Positions 50,935-64,000 of a stretch of 64,000 nucleotides of DNA are shown here, in pieces (position 1 is the stretch's first letter; each line of letters opens with the position of its first letter). Origin of the DNA: Octopus vulgaris. Its lineage: Eukaryota. The notes under the pieces are model-generated. The model had not been told where the DNA came from and did not search any database. It saw only the letters and a list, made by a program, of their open reading frames with translations. The DNA lies in NCBI GenBank assembly GCA_951406725.2, contig OX597818.1, positions 109,864,001 to 109,928,000 of the forward strand, read 5' to 3'. A program made the translations under genes and the position numbers.

Positions 50935-52870
50935 AGGATGAAATATGAGTGACAAGAACATTGACAGGGCAGGGCCCCTCATGGACAAGCATTACGAAGG
51001 TGGTAACTGGAATTTCCTAAACTACAATAGAATTTGGAAAAGATCATATATTGACAAAAACCAACATCTCTTTCATCTCATGAAGATAAGGCACTTAAAG
51101 ATATGAAAACAAGGAAAGCTCCTGGTTCATCAGGAATCACTGCCGAGATGCTCAAAATATTTGGTATGGTAGGATACAGGCTAGTCACCTGCATAGTTAA
51201 TTAGGTCATTCAGGAAGGTGTAATATCCAGTGACTGGAGTAGCAGCATAATTGTTTACTGCTACAAGGGTAAAGGTGATGCATCAGATAGAAGCAATTAT
51301 AGAGGCATCAAACTGCTGGAGCCGCTGATGAAAATTACAGAAAGAATTATAACCCAATTAATTAGGAACAGAACTAGGCTAGAAAAAAGTGCAGTGCAGC
51401 TTTTGCCTGGGGAGGGAGCACTACTGATGCTATTTTCATAGTCAGGTGACTGCTAAAGAAATACTTAAGCAAGAATAAACCATTGTACCTGGCATTCATT
51501 GACCTAGAGAAAGCCTTTGATAGAGTACCCCCACTATGTGATATAGTGGGCTCTGAGGAGGCTAGGGATAGATGAGTGGCTGATGAAAACTGTACAGGCC
51601 ATGTACAGAGACACTGTCCATAAGGTGAGAGTTAACCATGAGTACAGTGAAGAATTTGGTGTATAAAGCTCTGTTTTCAGTCCCCCACTTCATCATTGTC
51701 TTTCAAACCATAACAGAGTTCAAGATGGGAACTACTATGTGCTGATGCTCTGCCCTCATAGCAGATTCTATATCAGAACTAATAGAGAAATTCTAGGTGT
51801 GGAAGCAAACCCTAGAATCTAAGGGTCTTATGGTTAACTTAGTAAGCAAGAAAACAAACAGGACCCTACTGACTTCAGGTAGATGACCATGCTTGATTTG
51901 AAGGAAAGGTGTTGGCAGGAATTCCATAAAGTGCACCCAGTGTAAGCTATGGACAGACAAGAGGTGCAGTGGAATAACAGGAAGGTTATCAGAGAAAGTA
52001 GTGTTTGTCTGTGGAAGGTGCATGGAAACTATCGAAACTACAGATACTTGGGAAATGGATTTTCTCAAATGCCCTGGAGGCACTTTGGAGGTAGTGGACA
52101 ATTTCTGCCACCTAGGGAACCTAATTAGCTGTGGGGAGAGGCTGCACAGAAAGTGTAATCACTAGAAATAAGAATAGGATAGAGAAAATTTGAGAGAACT
52201 TTTACCTCTGTTGGCAACCAATGGTTTCTCTCTTTCTGAGTGAAAGGAAGATTGTATGATGCGTGTATACAAACAGCAATGCTATGTGGTGGTAGTAAGA
52301 TGTGGGCCCTGAATGCAGGGGACATGTGAAGGCTGGAGAGAAATGAAGTGAGTATGATCCACTGGATGTGCAATGCTGGTGTGTGACAGAGTGCTAGTGT
52401 ATTGAAGGAAAAGTTGTGCAAGAGAGAGATGACTGTGCTGGTTTGGTTATGTGATGTGTATGGCTGTCTTAGATAGTTGCATACAGACATGCCAGTCACT
52501 TAACCCATTAAGTCTCAGGGTACTTAAATTTCTGAATATTACTTTTAAATTTTTACAGGTGATTGAAAATACGTTAAAATGAAAAAAATAATTATTAAAA
52601 CTCCTTTACTTCAAGTAGAAATGAAAATACTCGGTGTCCTATAACTAAGACACTGAGACAATGTGATATAGCTTATTCAATGTTCTCATTTAGTGTCCTG
52701 TTTATAGGACAGCAGAAATTAATGGGTTAAAGTGGATGGAACTTATGGAAGAAGGAGACCCAGAAAGACATGGGAGGAAGTATTGGAGGCCAGTCTTGAG
52801 GCACTGAGCCTTATGAAGGAGATGACTAAGGATCAAGATATCTGACACTGCTCAATAAGACCCGTTCACC
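50935..52870 (+). mobile_element. RTE-clade LINE, decayed RT region
   Basis: GKAPGSSGITAEMLK, YKGKGDASDRSNYRGIKLL, STTDAIFIVR, LYLAFIDLEKAFDRVP, a Cys-rich insert (C..RKGVGRNSIKCTQCKLW..KRCSG..FVCGRC) and GRRRPRKTW. Many stops and frameshifts. Confidence 0.92.
52504..52726. mobile_element. piggyBac-type MITE inserted in the RTE
   Basis: TTAA|CCCATTAA...TTAATGGG|TTAA. Removing it restores the RTE reading SLKVDGTYGRRRPRKTW. Confidence 0.85.
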
Positions 52871-53908
52871 ACAGCAGCAGTGTTAAGGCCACTGACCCCA
52901 GTGGGAAAGAGGATTAACCTGTGATAGTCCTACGGTGGTGCCACATAAAAGCACACACTGTAAGGTGGTTGGTGTTAGGAAGGGCATCCAGCTATAGAAA
53001 CCAAGCCAAATCAGGCTGGAACACGGTGCTGCTCTCCTGCTTGCTGGCTCTGGTCAAACCATCCAACCCATGCCAGCATGGACAAAGGACGTTAAAGGAG
53101 GTGGAGGGAGATCTCGTGTCTTTAAATGAAAGCATACATTTAACTCCATTTTATTATCTCACTTATGAATCAAATAGTTGACTTGATTTAATACGATTCA
53201 ACAAGTTTCTCTGAATGGCTATTGTTTGACCCTGTTCAGTCATGATTGAGCAGATTTGTGACATTTTCTTACATTATTGTTTTTAAGACACTATTGTCAG
53301 TTTGGTGGTTGTAGTTAATGCTTGTAGAAAAATAGGTTACTATGTAATTTCTTTTTAATTTCCTTGTCCATTTAGCCAATTATTTGCACAGTCATTTCAT
53401 AGTTTTAAAAACCATTTTCTAAACTTTTTTTTCAAGAAGCCTATGAAATTGGTAAAGTTTTAAATGCTGTACACATTCAAATTAAACTGTACCATTCTTA
53501 TGAAACTGAAGGTTACTGATATCAAACAGACTTCGTAGTTAGAAAACTGTTCATCAAACCATTTACCCTTTGATTACTGTGTAATGCAATGAAACAAAAC
53601 TGAAAAAAAAAATCTGAAATAAAATCTCACTAAATTTAATAATCCTTGATATTATTTTAAAAATATTTTTATGACTCCTGCATTTATTTCTCTCCTACAA
53701 TAAGACCCCCCTCCCCCCCAACTCCATGGACTATATTACTACAAACAGCCAGGATTGTTTGTCTTTCATTTCACACGTAATGTTTATTTAAAACCTCTTT
53801 GTTAAAAGAACCATGACACGCTTCTGAAAAGCAAACTAAATTTGTTGTTGTCAAAATGTAATTACAATATTTTGATCTTTCTTTTAAATAGAGAGAATGA
53901 ATGATATC

Positions 53909-54671
53909 ATTACCTCCATCTTAGCAAAAGCAGGGGTATTGTTTTCAGTTGTATTTGTTTGTATGTGGACAAGATATCTCAAGAACCACTTGATGGATTC
54001 GGATGAGACTTTCAGGGATGTTTGTCCTTGTGACTGGCACAAACTGATTAGATTTTGGGATCGATTCGGTACCAGACAAAGATTCTGGATTATTTGTTAT
54101 GTTTACTTTGCATGATTACAATCTTATGTTGACTTTCAAGTCTTTCTTAATTATCTCCCTTTAGGTTGTTTCCAAAATTTTATTTTCATTTCTTTATTAT
54201 TTTTACTCGTCTCCTTATCTTAGTAGAAACTGATAGATAAAGAAATTAAACTACATAAACAAAAGGCAACAAAACCGTTCAGAAGTTAAATAGCACTAAC
54301 ATATTTTTATATTATTTGTATTACACATACATATTAACACTTTACAAGTATACTTACATATGTACACACATCTATACATTGATCTAAAACAACAGGAATA
54401 CGAAAGGAAGACCAGAATTTAAGAGAAGAGAAAAGCAAAAGGTCTCTCTCTTTACTCTTTTACTTGTTTCAGTCATTTGACTGCGGCCATGCTGGAGCAC
54501 CGCCTTTAGTCGAGCAAATCGACCCCGGGACTTATTCTTTGCAAGCCCAGTACTTATTCTATCGGTCTCTTTTGCCGAACCGCTAAGTGACGGGGACGTA
54601 AACACACCAGCATTGGTTGTCAAGCAATGCTAGGGGGACAAACACACACACACAAACATATACACACACAC

Positions 54672-54723
<52 letters not shown>

Positions 54724-55252
54724 TACGACAGGCTTCTTTCAGTTTCCGTCTACCAAATCCACTCACAAGGCATTGGTCGGCCCGGGGCTATACCAGAAGA
54801 CAATTTGCCACGCAGTGGGACTGAACCCGGAACCATGTGGTTGGTTAGCAAGCTACTTACCACACAGCCACTCCTCTCATGCTATTCATTCAAAAATTCC
54901 TGAGTAGAACTTATTATTACCTCCACCTCTGAAACTATTTTGAATGGTGAATTTATTAATTTTGGCTTGTATTAGATAAGGATAAACTATTTATTACTGT
55001 TACTAAATTTTCTACAGCCACATTCCAAGACTACCATTGGGATCAATCAGGTACGGGACAAGGATTCTGGATTATTTTTCAGTTTTTCTACGTAATTTTT
55101 GAGAGCAGTCAGGTTCACTTTTGGTATTCTCGTTTGTGAGAGCAGTCGAGTTTATTTCAGATATTCTCATTTTAAAAATCATCTCTGGCTAATCGTTGAG
55201 AGGATGTTGGTGTTGCCTTGGTGGTGGTTTGTGCTCTCTGAGTGATCTTGTT
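53909..55252 (+). mobile_element. Helentron/DINE-like non-autonomous element pieces, split by other sequence including a SINE
   Basis: 5' TTACCTCC...GTATTGTTTTCAG...AAGATATCTCAAGAA and 3' CCTTGGTGGTGGTTTGTGCTCTCTGAGTG resemble HINE/DINE-1-type sub-terminal inverted repeats. Confidence 0.4.
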
Positions 55253-56228
55253 ATTATTATCTATTTAAAAAAATTTTTTTATTGCCCACGGGGGGCTAAA
55301 CATAGACGGGACAAACAAAGGGATTAAGTCGATTGCATCGACCCCAGTGTGTAACTGGTACTTATTTAATCGACCATGAAAGGATGAAAGGCAAAGTTGA
55401 CCTCGGCAGAATTTGAACTCAGAACGTAGCGGCAGACGAAATACGGCTACGCATTTCGCCCGGTGTGCTAATGTTTCTGCCAGCTTGCCGCCTTCATTGT
55501 TATTATTATCATTGAGTGAGAGAGCAGAACATGCCATCAAAATTATTATGGTATACAAATATACAAAACCCAATATACCCATCATGACTACCTGTCTGAT
55601 AAGGGTACACCAGGCACATGCATGACATGGTGACCTCATATCAAGATAAACAGTGCATAACCATGCAGGTGGGGGCTGTATAGTCATGGCTAGAATGCAT
55701 AGGTCTTGTTGTCCAAGGTTGATAGGGAGCTAAGCAACATAAATGGCTGTAGCAAAGTCTGAACTCATAAACTTCTTGTCACAGCTTCTCCTCCCCAGCC
55801 ATTGCATCATGCTTGAGGCAGTGAAATGTTTTGTGGTGAAGGATTCCATAGTTCAAACAATGAGTGAATAATCCTACTAACATAGAAATGATAAAGATAT
55901 CAACAGACACAATGAGAGTTCAAACTCTTATGAACTTTTCAGCTTCTGCTAGTTTGTCACTTGTCATTGACCTCCTGTGGAGATCTTGCCCCAATACTTT
56001 GTGAATGACAAGCAGTGTTCAGTAGACAGTAGCCATGTACCTAATCATGACCACTGGGGAACCATCATGAAAAGTTTTAGGCTGTGTGGTAAGTAGCTTG
56101 CTTACCAACCACATGGTTCTGGATTCAGTCCCACTGTGTGGCACCATGAGCAAGTGTCTTCTACTATAGCCTCGGGCTGACCAAAGCCTCGTAAGTGGAT
56201 TTGGTAGATGGAAACTGAAAGAAGCCTG

Positions 56229-56268
<40 letters not shown>

Positions 56269-56813
56269 CAAATAAGAAAATGGAGAAACAATTTAGTTTG
56301 TTCATCAGCTTTCGGATATTAGAATGTTGAATTATTTATTCATTTAACAAAAAAGAGAACCTTAATAGCATACATATATACATTATATTTCAATACATAT
56401 AAGATAAGGATACAATTATAAAAATCATAATATAAATTATTGAAATCATATATATATATCTTACAAAGAATAAGTCCTGGGGTCGATTTGTTCGACTAAA
56501 GGTGGTACTCCAGCATGGCCACAGTAAAATGACTGAAACAAGTAAAAGAATGAAAAAAAAAATAATAAAAGAATGAATTGACTCAATACCTTTTTTTTTT
56601 TTTTTTTTTTAAACCTGGTACATCATATTCTTTTGGTCTTTATTGCCAAACTGTTAAGCCATGGGGACATCAAAGCACCAATGCCACCGAATCAGACGAG
56701 AACAAATGCAGTTCAAGAAGCAAGAAGCACTACTGATGCTATTCGCATAGTCAGGCAACTGCAAGAGACTAGTGAAGAATAAACCATTCTACTTAGCATT
56801 TGTTAATCTCGAG

Positions 56814-57360
56814 CAGGCCTGGCCAACTTGGATTACATTGCAGGCCAGTTTAACCCTTTAGCATTTAAACTGGCCATATCCGGCCAAAAATATTCTACTT
56901 GTTTTATGTTCAAACTAGCCATATCTGGTCTCTCACACCAACCCTACAATACCGTTTAAAAAATTAACAGCTACCTCATTAAAATCTCATAGCTACAAGA
57001 TAATGCATGATTAGTTCAAAACAATGTAGATGAAGAAGCATTAATTTTGACAGAATAATGCGAACACTAAAGGGTTAATCACAGAAAGTATTTTGAGGGC
57101 TGCTTGTATACTGACCAGATTGAAAGCATTTTGCTTTCTCATGCTTTTATTACAATAATGAATGAATGATCGTTGATTCAATATGAAATATTATCGTTGC
57201 AAAAACATTGCTATCTTTATTTTTTACTTTTCATTGCAATCTTTAATGTTTGATAAAATTTCTAAAATGTTTGTTTGAATAACCTCATTTCTAGAAAGTA
57301 TCAAGCAGACTGCAAGATAAACGTCTGTGTGGCCCACGAGCCTTAGGATGGCGAGCCCTG
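56814..57360. mobile_element. hAT-type MITE
   Basis: CAGGCCTGGCCAA...TGGCGAGCCCTG with an 8-bp TSD ATCTCGAG/ATCTAGAG. Confidence 0.8.
56854..57074. mobile_element. piggyBac-type MITE
   Basis: TTAA|CCCTTTAG...CTAAAGGG|TTAA; related copy at about 27258-27495. Confidence 0.85.
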
Positions 57361-58250
57361 ATCTAGAGAAAACCTGTGTTATATAGTGGGTACTGAGAAG
57401 GCTAGGGGTAGATGAGTAGCTGCTAAAAGCTGTACAGGCCATGTGCAGAGACACTGTCAGTTAGGTGAGAGTTAACGAGTATAGCAAAGAATTTGGTGTA
57501 CAAGTAGGGGTTCATCAAGGTTGAGTCCTCAGTCACTTCCTTTTCTTCATTGTCCTCCAGGTCATAACTGAGGAATTCAAGACAGGCAGCCCCAGCCCTC
57601 ATAGCAGATTCTATATCAAACCTAGAAGAAAAATTCTAAGTGTAGAAGCAAAACCTAGAATCTAAGGGTTTTAAGGTTAACTTAGCAAAGACTAAGGCCT
57701 TAGTATGCTAGAAAACAGACAGGACCCTACCCACTTCAGGTAGGTGGCCCTGTTCGATTTCATAGAAAGGTCTAGGCAGGAACTCAATACGGTGTACCCA
57801 GCGTAAGCTGTGGACACACAAGAGGTACAGTGGTTTGATAAGGTCATCGAAGAAGCTAGTGTTTGTATGTTGAAGATGCACAGGAGCCATAAAAACTATA
57901 AAGACTCAGGAAATTAATTTTCTCAAATGCTTTGGCAGCTCATTAGAAGTAGAAGATAATTTCTGCTACCTAAGGGACCATAGTAGTAGTGGGGGGATGG
58001 ATGGAGAGTGTAATAGCTAGAATAAGAATAGGATGGAGGGAATTCAGAGAGCTGTTACCTCTGTTGGTCGAGGAAGATTGTATGATGCATGTATATGGAC
58101 AGCAATTCTATGTGGTAGTGAGATGTGGGCCCTGAATGCAGAGGATATGCAAAGGTTAGAGAGGAATGAGGCTAGTATGCTCTGCTGGATGTGTAATGTA
58201 GGTGTACATGTTTGACAATGTGAGTGCTTTGAGAGAGAAGTTAGACATAA

Positions 58251-58667
58251 GAGGAATTACATTATATACATTTGATGGATATTTGTCCTCATCTTGTTTG
58301 TTGTTAACACAATGTGTTGGCTGATATACCCTCCAGCCTTCTCATTCCTAAGGTATTTTTTGATGTTGTTATTATTACCATTATTATTATTGGAATCGAA
58401 CTCGGAATCTTGGGGTTAGTAGTCTGTGCTCTTAACCACTACGCCATATGCCCATGGGCAATTATGGAGTGAATTTTAGGGCTTATAAAGCTAATATTTT
58501 CCTATCCTTCCTTAATAATAACAACATCGAAAAATACCTTAGGAATGAGAACCCAGGTTCGAAATTTCCCCTAAGGCACCTTTTGAAGGCTGGAGTGTAT
58601 ATCAGCTGAAACGTGTTAACAAAGATGAGGACAAATATCTGTCAAATGTAAATAATGTAAATAATGT
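58251..58667. mobile_element. Family HS inverted pair (decayed)
   Basis: Minus copy 58251-58512 followed by a 5'-truncated plus copy 58513-58667; HHR cores deleted or mutated. Confidence 0.8.
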
Positions 58668-59134
58668 TCAATCAGAATTGTCTGCAATTAGACAACTAAA
58701 TTGGAATTCTCTTTTCATAATTAAAACAGTGCCCTTCTTTGCTGCTCTCTGATGTCTTTGACATTATCCAGAAGAGAATTTTATAACAAACATGAAGTGT
58801 TTTCACTCCTCATACTCTACCATCAATATAACAGACTCCATTGTTTCAAAATATTTTCTACCTCAGCATTATCAGAACTCCATCCACTTACTCTCTTCTA
58901 ACTGCGTCTGTCTGCTTCCATAAGTTTGGCACCGGACATTATTATAAGTGGATGTTCACACCAAACCTCCTGCTTTTCTTCTCTAACCACTTCACCCCAA
59001 ACTTGTCCTGTGTTGGAATGGTTTTCATGTTCTTTCTCTTTGAATGAATTAATAAAAATTTTGAAAAAATTGTATTTTCAAATGTTTATTCAACTAAAAC
59101 TGGTATATCAAAATATCCTTTCTATTCTTTGCAG

Positions 59135-59282
59135 GTCCCATCCTGGGTATACATTATTAATGCACTGGGAGTTTTTATATACCAGTCTCTCGATGCTATT
59201 GATGGTAAACAGGCACGGCGTACATCAACTAGCACACCTCTTGGAGAATTACTTGACCATGGATGTGATTCCTTATCTACAG
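59135..59282 (+). CDS. CEPT1: CEPT1/CHPT1 second coding exon carrying the CDP-alcohol phosphotransferase motif
   Basis: Acceptor ttctattctttgcag|GTC and donor ACAG|gtaaat, 148 nt, in frame with exon 1. Encodes [49 protein letters not shown] with the DG(x2)AR(x8)G(x3)D(x3)D signature. No further exons were recognised in the window. Confidence 0.95.
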
Positions 59283-60014
59283 GTAAATTATGTTATAACC
59301 ACCTTACACGCTTCCCTGTAAAGGTATGGTTTACTGTTGAAGGACTACCTTATGTCATTTGGAAGGGGAACTGGAACTGTTAATTTAGAAAATGTTCTGA
59401 TTGGAATGTCAACAGAAACATTGGGTCTAAAACTGTACCTGTATAACTTTGTTTGTTGGCCTAGTTGAAAGTTAGCCTGAAAACAGGGTTTTATGGGGAA
59501 GAATTTCATCTTTAACTGTTTAGCATTTAAAATGGCTATTATTGATGCTAATGTCAGGATTTGAGGTGCCATAAAATGTGTCCCTGAATGTGTGAAGAAC
59601 TGGTGAGCAGGCAGACCGAGTCTAAGACATTTACTCCTCATGGACAATTACACCTGGGGACAACAGATGATGATTTAAAACTTTTTACTATATTGGAGAA
59701 GGGGTATTAACCAAGGAGGGGGTAGTTGTCCAAGGGGGTATTTGTCGTTGGAGGGAAAACTTGTACCATTTGGGGTGATTGTCCTGGGGCGTGGTAATTG
59801 TCCTAATATGGGCAGAACTGTTAGCAGACAAAATTGCTAAGCAGCATTTCATTCATCTTTACATTCTAAGCTCAGTATTTATTTTTTCTAAGCCTAGTAC
59901 TTATTCCATCAATCGCTTTTGCTGAACTGCTAAGTTTCAGTGACGCATAAACACACAATCACTGGTTGTCAAGCAGTGAGGAGAACAACTACAAGCACAA
60001 AGACCCCCCCCCAT

Positions 60015-60048
<34 letters not shown>

Positions 60049-63000
60049 GACAGGCTTCTTTCAGTTTCTGTCTACCAAATCTACTCAGAAGGCTTTGGTC
60101 GGCCCAAAGCTGTAGCAGAAGTGGGACTGAACCAGGAACCATGTGTTTGGGAAGCAAGCTTTGTACCACACAGCCATGCCTTTACCTAAAATATTACTGC
60201 AAAGATATTTTTAATGAAAAAAATCAATGATGACTTCTAAAGTTCTGACCTTTGTTTAACGAGTGATGAGTTTGTGCGAAGGCAATGGGTTCACATTGAT
60301 ATTGTTGTCAAACCTCTAATTGAAGCTCATTAGAAAAAGAAATAGATATTTCATTTCCTCGTTATTTGATGTAATATATACTTGAGTAAAAACTATAAGC
60401 GATGGTTTTCTTAAAAATAATGCAAGAACAGATGAGGTCTCGGGTTTGAACTAAGGCTCTTCTGACAAATTAACCCCCCCCCACTACCTCTTAGTCCCCA
60501 CTCAATCCCAACCATCATGAGTTCTTTTCAAATTTCAGTTTATCTTTGTTACTTCTTGATCTTTTACTTGTTTCACTCCTTTGACTGTGGCCATGCTAGG
60601 GCACCACCTTGAGAGGTCTTGTTGACTTGGTTCCAGTACTTAATGATTTTGTTTTTTCACTGAACATCTAAGTTACGGGGACACAAACACACCAAGGCTG
60701 GTTGTCCAGTGGTAGTGAGAACAAACAGACACAAAGACACACGCACATCTATATATGTATACGACGGGCTTCTTTCAGTTTCCGTCTACCAAATTCACTC
60801 ACAAGGCTTTGGTTGGCCCAAGGCTATATTAGAAGAAAACTTGGCCAAAGTGCAATGCAGTGGGACTGAATCCGGAACCATATGGTTGGAAAGCAAACTT
60901 GTTACTACACAGCAATACTAGCGACCTATATATCTGATAATCTGAAGAAAATTTATCAGCAACCAGAAAGAAGTGAATTTATCTAGCATGAGAGAATCAA
61001 AACAACACTTTCAGATATCCGTTACCATGAGATACTTATCAAATCAATTGCTAAAGTATTAGTAGTGTTTGTTTTTCTAACTAAACCTTACCAAGGAGTA
61101 AATCAATAGTATTTCGCCATCACTGGATTCTTGGAAACAAGACAGAACTATTTATAACAGTTCTGTGTGATGATTATAAATTCAGTGATGGCTCTAATTC
61201 TGTGGGTCCAGCTCATTGTAAAGTTCAGTATTTATTCTTTTCTATTTTAGGCACAAGGCCCGAAATTTTGGGGCAGGGGAAGTGGGGTGGTACAGTTGAT
61301 TAGACCGACCCCAGTATGCAATTGGTACTTAATTTATTGACCCTGAAAAGATGAAAGGCAAAGTCGACCTTGGCGGAATTTGAACAGGCGAAATACCTAT
61401 TTCTTTACTACCCACAAGGGGCTAAACACAGAGAGGACAAACAAGGACAGACAAACGGATGAAGTCGATTATATTGATGCCAGTGCATAACTGGTACTTA
61501 TTTAATCGACCCCAAGAGAATGAAAGGCAAAGTTGACCTCGGCGGAATTTGAACTCAGAACGTAGAGACAGACAAAATACCTATTTCTTTATTGCCCACA
61601 AGGGGCTAAACACAGAGAGGACAAACAAGGACAGACAAACGGATGAAGTCGATTATATTGACGGCAGTGCGTAACTGGTACTTATTTAATCAACCCCAAA
61701 AGGATGAAAGGCAAAGTCGACCTCGGTGGAATTTGAACTCAGAACGTAATGGCAGATGAAATATGGCTACGCATTTCGCCCAGCGTGCTAACGTTTCTGC
61801 TAGCCTGCCACCTTAAGTTTAGTATTTATTGTTGTGCTCAGATTTAAGTTTGAATTTGCAGAACTGTTATCACATCTGGAAAAAATTCTTTGTGGAATCT
61901 CTTCTGGCTTTATGTTCTGAGTTCAAGTGCTGACTTTACTTTCATCCTTTTGGCATTGATAATTGCACAAGCACCAACTGACCACCGGCATCGATGTAAT
62001 CGACTGGCTCCCTAACCCCAAATTTCAGGCTTTGTGCCTGTAGTAGAAAATGGAACCCTTCCATAGGTGAAGACTAGCCCAGTTCTCACTGCCCCCCACT
62101 TAGGTAAAGTGTACCCCAAGTTAAGGGATGAAATACATGTGAACCTGAGTTATCAGTTGATGTTATGAAGAGTTTCCAGCATTGCAGTGGATTTCGAAGA
62201 TCTTGCAAACCCACTGAGTTCCTCCTGCAGTTTCTGTGTGGCACAAAGCATCTCTGGTGTTTATTTCATCCACTTATATGAGGGAAACTCAGGAAGACCT
62301 GGACGAAGTATTGAAAGCTGATCTCGGGACACTGACCCTCATGAAGGGAAAGACAAAGAACCAAGATATCTTCTTGAGAAGGCCCATCCACCACAGCAGA
62401 ATTGTTAAGGCTCCCCTCACAGTTGAAGGGGTTTTTCCCTTGCAAGGACCCCATACTGGTACCATGTAAAAATCACCTGTGCTGGTGCCACATAAAAACG
62501 ACCCCATGCTAGTGCCACATAAAAAGCACCCAGCACAAACAGTGGTCGGCGTATGGAGGGACATCCAGCCATAGAAACCATGCTAAGTCAGACTGGAACC
62601 TGGTCCAGCTTGCCAGCTCTGATCAAACCACCCAACCCATTCCAGCATGGAAAATGGAAGTTAAATGATGATGATGATGATGATGATGATCTCAGATTTG
62701 CATAATAGGATGATTGCATTCTTTTTAGAAAGTTCTGCTGGTGAACTCATTGACCATTGAATTCTTTCCTTTATTCTTTGCTATATTTAGCAGCACGACA
62801 GCATTTCATTGCTTATTTATGATGTCGAGATACAGCAGAGGAGATTTCTCATAGCAGAGAACAAGATCATTGACATACATTGATGGACTTTGATATTTGT
62901 TATCTATAAATTTTTTTAAAACAATTCATTCACTGTTTAACAGTTGGACATTTATTCTCCTTGAATAAAAACAATATCTCATTCAACACAGTTTTTAATT

Positions 63001-64000
63001 CAGATTTCTCACTAAAACTAAACAGGACAAGAAATAACAAGATACTTGTTGCTTTAATTTAGTCGAATGTTTTTCCTAATGCTAACAATGTAGGTGTAAC
63101 CCTGAAGCAAGTAGAGTGTGGGAAACAGACATCTTTGCCTACAACACAACACTGCTAATAAAAGATTATCATGTTCCAGGGTTTCTGCTTTACACTTAGG
63201 ATGTTTCTACCCACAACTAATCCATTTGGTTGTCTTATTATTGACACGGTTCAAACTGGGAGCCTTCATTTCCAAAGCAGATTTAATTACGTTTTTATTG
63301 ATAAATTTACTGATGATATAGTTTTGATTAATGACTAAGATTTATTTAACCATAATAAGACATACAATTGTCAAAATGGAAGCTAATGAATATGTACATA
63401 ATTTAACAGTTTTTCACGTTGTTTTGCTGTCGATATTCAATGAATATATCAAAGTCTGGTAAATTATCTCATTACTGTTTCACTTCAGTTTTACAATAGG
63501 TGCACAGCAACTGTATCTCGACAGGATTATCCTGTTGATTTCCTTCTGTGATTAGTGAGAAATTGAGAGGAAATATTTAAATCTAAGAGAATGGTGGGGG
63601 GGGGGGGTCAGTGATTTAGAGGGGAGGTAGAAACAATAAAAACAGTAGAGTTAACAAATGGTTTGCTTATCAATTCCTGTCTGGATCAGTTTTGCTTTTC
63701 ATTCCTTTGGCATCAAAATAATAACTACCAAGGCCCGATCAAGTACCGATATCCATTTAATTACTTTCTAATGTAGGATCTTGTGTTATGTAAGGAAATA
63801 AAATACCATGTGATTTGTCTGCAAGCTGTTCAGCTTTCTCTTCCTCTCCCTTCCTCATCACCATTTAACATCCATCTTCCATGCTGGCATGGTTGGATGG
63901 TTTGACAGGAGCTGTCATGGCCAGGAGTCATACCGGGTTACATAGTCTGTTTTGGCATGGTTTCTAACAGCTGGATGCCCTTCCTAATGCCAACCACTTT

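Larger units (their letters stand above)
56686..58252 (+). mobile_element. Second RTE LINE fragment interrupted by nested MITEs
   Basis: STTDAIRIVRQLQ..KNKPFYLAFVNLE resumes after 57368; GVQVGVHQG, Cys-rich insert, GRLYDACIWTAILCGSEMWAL..RLERNEASML. Confidence 0.88.

Overview
Animal genomic DNA: AT-rich, dense in microsatellites and transposable elements. The SINE families and (TATG)n/(TA)n landscape suggest an octopus or other cephalopod (inference, not verified). The only host gene I can support is a choline/ethanolamine phosphotransferase (CEPT1/CHPT1 family) on the + strand: coding exon 1 at 31617-31853 and exon 2 at 59135-59282, separated by a 27.3-kb intron, with a CpG-rich promoter-like region near 30.7-31.0 kb. 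The rest is mariner/Tc1 copies (one near full length at 17379-18652), hAT and piggyBac MITEs, RTE and CR1 LINE fragments, a solo LTR and several tRNA-headed SINE families. The most striking signal is a dense set of minimal type I hammerhead ribozyme (HHR) motifs in at least six unrelated non-coding repeat families. The motifs have CUGANGA/GAAA cores, usually with a palindromic helix III. Their carriers have Penelope-like inverted architectures. They include a tRNA-promoter plus HHR element present at four loci, a 2.4-kb element with 436-bp HHR-bearing inverted repeats, and a greater-than-unit-length 352-bp retrozyme-like monomer with a target-site duplication. All motif calls were made by eye; no ribozyme activity or database match has been checked.
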